From the NCBI RefSeq assembly GCF_054482525.1, contig NZ_CM137006.1: a DNA stretch of 64,000 bases. One strand, given 5' to 3'. The first letter of the stretch is position 1. Each line of letters begins with the position of its first letter. This document shows positions 61,142 to 64,000 of this stretch, piece by piece. The position numbers and the translations under genes were made by a program. A model generated the notes under the pieces. That model was not told where the DNA came from. It did not search any database and was given only the letters and a program-made list of their open reading frames with translations.

Positions 61142-61898
61142 AGCCGAACCGGATGCCGGAATGCTGGCGGAAAAAGAGTGGCAGGCGGCGGCTCAGGGTA
61201 ATAGCGGACCGGATGTTTCGCTTCTGCGAAGTTTACTCGGTGCTGATGAACAGGCTGCCGCCGCGCTGCTGTTGACGCAGAGAAAAAACGGTACGTCGAT
61301 GTCTTTAACCGCGTTGAGCATGGGGGATGAACGGGCGTTGCACTGGCTGCGCTATCTCATGGCTCTTGGGTTTGAGGAAGCTGTATTACTGGAGACGGCG
61401 GCAGATCTGCGCTTTGCGCCGGAATTTGTCGCTCGCCATATTGCCGAATGGCAGCGTCAGAATCCGCTGGATCTGATAATTACCGGCTGCCAAAGCAGCG
61501 AAGGGCAGAATGGGCAAACGCCATTTTTGCTGGCGGAAATGCTGGGCTGGCCCTGCTTCACCCAGGTGGAGCGTTTTACTCTCGAAGCGCCGTTTATCAC
61601 CCTCGAACAGCGTACTGAAAACGGGCTGCGCTGTTGCCGGGTTCGCTTGCCTGCGGTGATTGCCGTGCGTCAGTGCGGTGAAGTGGCCTTGCCAGTACCG
61701 GGAATGCGCCAGCGAATGGCGGCGGGGAAAGCAGAAATTATCCGTAAAACTGTTGCTGCCGAATTGCCAGCGATGCTGTGTCTGCAACTGGCAAGAGCAG
61801 AGCAACAACGCGGAGCGACGCTGATTGATGGGCAAACGGTAGCAGAAAAAGCGCAAAAGCTATGGCAGGACTATTTACGTCAAAGGATGCAGCCATGA
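61119..61898 (+). CDS. ygcR: Electron transfer flavoprotein beta-subunit-like (FixA-like)
   Basis: 259 aa from ATG at 61119 with GGAGGTG Shine-Dalgarno; ETF-beta family. Confidence 0.85.
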   Translation: MNILLAFKAEPDAGMLAEKEWQAAAQGNSGPDVSLLRSLLGADEQAAAALLLTQRKNGTSMSLTALSMGDERALHWLRYLMALGFEEAVLLETAADLRFAPEFVARHIAEWQRQNPLDLIITGCQSSEGQNGQTPFLLAEMLGWPCFTQVERFTLEAPFITLEQRTENGLRCCRVRLPAVIAVRQCGEVALPVPGMRQRMAAGKAEIIRKTVAAELPAMLCLQLARAEQQRGATLIDGQTVAEKAQKLWQDYLRQRMQP

Positions 61899-62755
61899 AT
61901 ATCGCAATTGTGACAATAAATCAGGAGAATGCCGCAATAGCGAGCTGGCAGGCGGCGCAGGATTTCAGCGGTTGTACCCTGGCGCACTGGAAGATTGAAC
62001 CTCAGCCCGCTGTGGCGGAACAGGTGCTGGATGCGCTGGTGGAACAGTGGCAGCGAACGCCTGCGGACGTTGTTCTCTTTCCGCCGGGAACGTTTGGCGA
62101 TGAACTGTCGACCCGGCTGGCCTGGCGTTTACATGGTGCAAGCATCTGCCAGGTGACTTCGTTAGATATTTCAACCGTAAGCGTGCGCAAATCCCACTGG
62201 GGAAATGCGCTAACGGCGACGCTGCAAACAGAAAAACGCCCGCTATGCCTTTCCCTTGCCCGCCAGGCGGGAGCAGTGAAAAACGCCACGTTGCCCTCTG
62301 GTATGCAGCAACTGAACATTGTCCCAGGTGCGCTTCCCGACTGGCTGGTTAGCATAGAAAACCTGAAAAATGTTACCCGCGACTCATTAGCTGAAGCCAG
62401 ACGGGTGCTGGTGGTGGGGCAGGGCGGAGAGGCAGATAACCAGGAAATCGCTATGCTGGCAGAAAAGCTGGGAGCCGAAGTGGGCTACAGTCGGGCGCGA
62501 GTAATGAACGGTGGTGTTGATGCCGAAAAAGTGATTGGTATTTCCGGACATTTGCTGGCACCTGAGGTGTGTATTGTTGTTGGCGCTTCCGGCGCAGCAG
62601 CATTAATGGCGGGCGTACGCAATAGCAAGTTTGTGGTGGCGATTAATCATGACGCCAGCGCGGCGGTATTTTCACAGGCAGATGTTGGCGTGGTTGATGA
62701 CTGGAAAGCGGTGCTGGAGGCACTGGTGACAACCATTCACGCAGATTGCCAATAA
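61895..62755 (+). CDS. ygcQ: Electron transfer flavoprotein alpha-subunit-like (FixB-like)
   Basis: 286 aa from ATG at 61895 (ATGA overlap with ygcR stop); ETF-alpha FAD-binding C-terminal domain. Confidence 0.85.
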   Translation: MNIAIVTINQENAAIASWQAAQDFSGCTLAHWKIEPQPAVAEQVLDALVEQWQRTPADVVLFPPGTFGDELSTRLAWRLHGASICQVTSLDISTVSVRKSHWGNALTATLQTEKRPLCLSLARQAGAVKNATLPSGMQQLNIVPGALPDWLVSIENLKNVTRDSLAEARRVLVVGQGGEADNQEIAMLAEKLGAEVGYSRARVMNGGVDAEKVIGISGHLLAPEVCIVVGASGAAALMAGVRNSKFVVAINHDASAAVFSQADVGVVDDWKAVLEALVTTIHADCQ

Positions 62756-62803
62756 CTTGCTGCCGGATGATCCTGCCTACGGTTCTGGCCTGGGGACTTG
62801 TAA

Positions 62804-62836
62804 GCCTGATAAGACGCGTCAAGCGTCGCATCAGGC
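62804..62836. repeat. REP unit within a BIME between convergent ygcQ and ygcP
   Basis: GCCTGATAAGACGCGTCAAGCGTCGCATCAGGC; flanking partial units at about 62761-62782 and 62845-62871. Confidence 0.6.
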
Positions 62837-62901
62837 GCTGAATGTCGGATGTGGCGTGCAGCCTACAAATCACACAAATTCAATTCGTTACGATTATCCC
62901 G

Positions 62902-63477
62902 TCAAAGCAATTTTTTCGCTAGCGTCCAGACCCCGGTATTTGTGGTGGAAAGCGCCACGACACCTGCGTTAATCGCATTACGCGCATCTTCTTCATCGCA
63001 CACCAGCCCGCCGGCAATCAGCGGTTGGCGGATTTTCTCCGTCACCCAGCCCAGCACTTTAGGCATACAGCCTGGCAGGATCTCAATACAATCCGGATTC
63101 GATTGCGCAACTTGCTTATCAATGTTGTGAAACGAAATCGAATCAACAATAAACAGGCGATGAATACAGAAAAAACCTTCCGCTCTTGCCGCTTTCAACA
63201 TTGAGGCTTTGGTACTGATAATGCCGTCCGCCTCAGTCACCAGTTTCAAAAACTGAATCACCACTTCTTTATTTGACGCGCCTTCCAGCAAATCAACATG
63301 AATAAAAGCATATTTTCCGGCATTTTTAATCTTTTTAACGATTTGACTAATGGTGCAGATATTGCCGTACAACACGGAAATAAACTGGCATTCAGAGTCG
63401 ATTGCCAGTTGCAGGCTGGCATTATCTTTAACGGCAGCAATCACCGGATTCTGGCGGAGCAGGTGTAAGAGGGGCAT
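62902..63477 (-). CDS. ygcP: GlpP-family (glycerol-3-phosphate-responsive-type) transcription antiterminator
   Basis: 191 aa; shares GlpP signature blocks (DLLEG, DGIISTK, DCIEILPG, IAGGL, GVVALSTT) with B. subtilis GlpP as recalled. Confidence 0.85.
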   Translation of the reverse strand: MPLLHLLRQNPVIAAVKDNASLQLAIDSECQFISVLYGNICTISQIVKKIKNAGKYAFIHVDLLEGASNKEVVIQFLKLVTEADGIISTKASMLKAARAEGFFCIHRLFIVDSISFHNIDKQVAQSNPDCIEILPGCMPKVLGWVTEKIRQPLIAGGLVCDEEDARNAINAGVVALSTTNTGVWTLAKKLL

Positions 63478-63493
63478 AAATTATCCTTATTAT

Positions 63494-63754
63494 TTATCCA
63501 AAGCGGTAGGTGATGCCGAATCCGGAAGGCGGATAGTGCCACTGTTGTAGCGTTTTTTCATCGCACAGCAAACGGCAGGTGCCGCACTCCAGACAATTAC
63601 GATAATCAACGTGAAAATCACCTTCCGGTGTGAGCGAAAAAAGACCAGCCGGACAAGCGTTAATCAACTGTTGTGCCGTCTGGCGCTCAACGGAGTCAGC
63701 CGGAACAATGTGCGGCGCATCGGCAACGCGCCAGAGATTACGGGCTACAGACAT
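63494..63754 (-). CDS. ygcO: Ferredoxin-like protein (FixX-like)
   Basis: 86 aa from ATG at 63752-63754; Cys motif CLECGTCRLLC; ORF track extension upstream overlaps ygcN 3' end. Confidence 0.8.
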   Translation of the reverse strand: MSVARNLWRVADAPHIVPADSVERQTAQQLINACPAGLFSLTPEGDFHVDYRNCLECGTCRLLCDEKTLQQWHYPPSGFGITYRFG

Positions 63755-64000
63755 CGCAGACTCCTGATAACATCGCCCGCCAGATGCCACAGGCCGTGAC
63801 GACGTAAATGACGCCAGAATAACTGGCGCAGCGGTGGAACAGGTTTATCACCCTGATCCCATAAATCGCGGGAAATATCCTGCATTAACGCAGGCCACGC
63901 ACGGTACCATCCAGGGCGTTGCAAAAGCGCCGGAACATGCTGATAACGTTGTAGAACATCCCATAGCAGGCTGCGCTCGACGTTGTGATGATAAAGCGCA
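63745..64000 (-). CDS. ygcN: FAD-dependent oxidoreductase (FixC / ETF-QO-like), C-terminal fragment; 5' end outside window
   Basis: Open frame on minus strand from window edge to TAG at 63745-63747 (...LWDQGDKPVPPLRQLFWRHLRRHGLWHLAGDVIRSLRCL); not in ORF track because no start codon lies in the window; overlaps ygcO start by 10 nt. Confidence 0.6.
   Translation of the reverse strand, partial: ALYHHNVERSLLWDVLQRYQHVPALLQRPGWYRAWPALMQDISRDLWDQGDKPVPPLRQLFWRHLRRHGLWHLAGDVIRSLRCL

Noticed and set aside
53766-64000. cas genes associated with the CRISPR array
   Set aside because: Every ORF from 53766 to the window end is assignable to ygc metabolic genes; no Cas1, Cas2, Cas3 or Cascade-like proteins are encoded in the window. 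Any cas operon would lie outside it.

Overview
This window reads as a contiguous stretch of Escherichia coli core chromosome, in reverse orientation relative to the K-12 reference (about 62.5-63.8 min). Identification rests on recognised gene order, protein lengths and protein/RNA sequences, not on any database search. Gene content: recC (3' end), ptrA, recB, recD, argA, amiC, three tandem initiator tRNA-fMet genes, mltA, tcdA, csdE, csdA, ygdI, gcvB sRNA, gcvA, ygdD, rlmM, the fucose regulon (fucR, fucU, fucK, fucI, fucP, fucA, fucO), xni, sdaB, sdaC, ppnN, queF, syd, csrB sRNA, yqcC, truC, yqcA, gudP, gudX, gudD, barA, rlmD, relA, mazG, pyrG, eno, ygcG, queE, a 3-repeat type I-E CRISPR mini-array, and the poorly characterised ygc cluster (ygcE, yqcE, ygcW, ygcU, ygcS, ygcR, ygcQ, ygcP, ygcO, ygcN 5'-truncated). 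No prophage, transposase, integrase or cas genes are present. Most of the window is ordinary, well-studied core genome. The most interesting signal is in the ygc cluster: the divergent yqcE/ygcW control region carries two CRP-consensus sites and a strong intrinsic-terminator hairpin in each leader about 25 nt before each start codon, and a GlpP-family antiterminator (ygcP) is encoded in the same cluster. This suggests an undescribed antitermination-controlled catabolic regulon. Other notable points are the absence of mazEF between relA and mazG, the minimal orphan CRISPR array, and co-location of barA with its indirect target csrB (with the UvrY-box palindrome upstream). Coordinates of motifs read by eye may be off by 1-2 nt.
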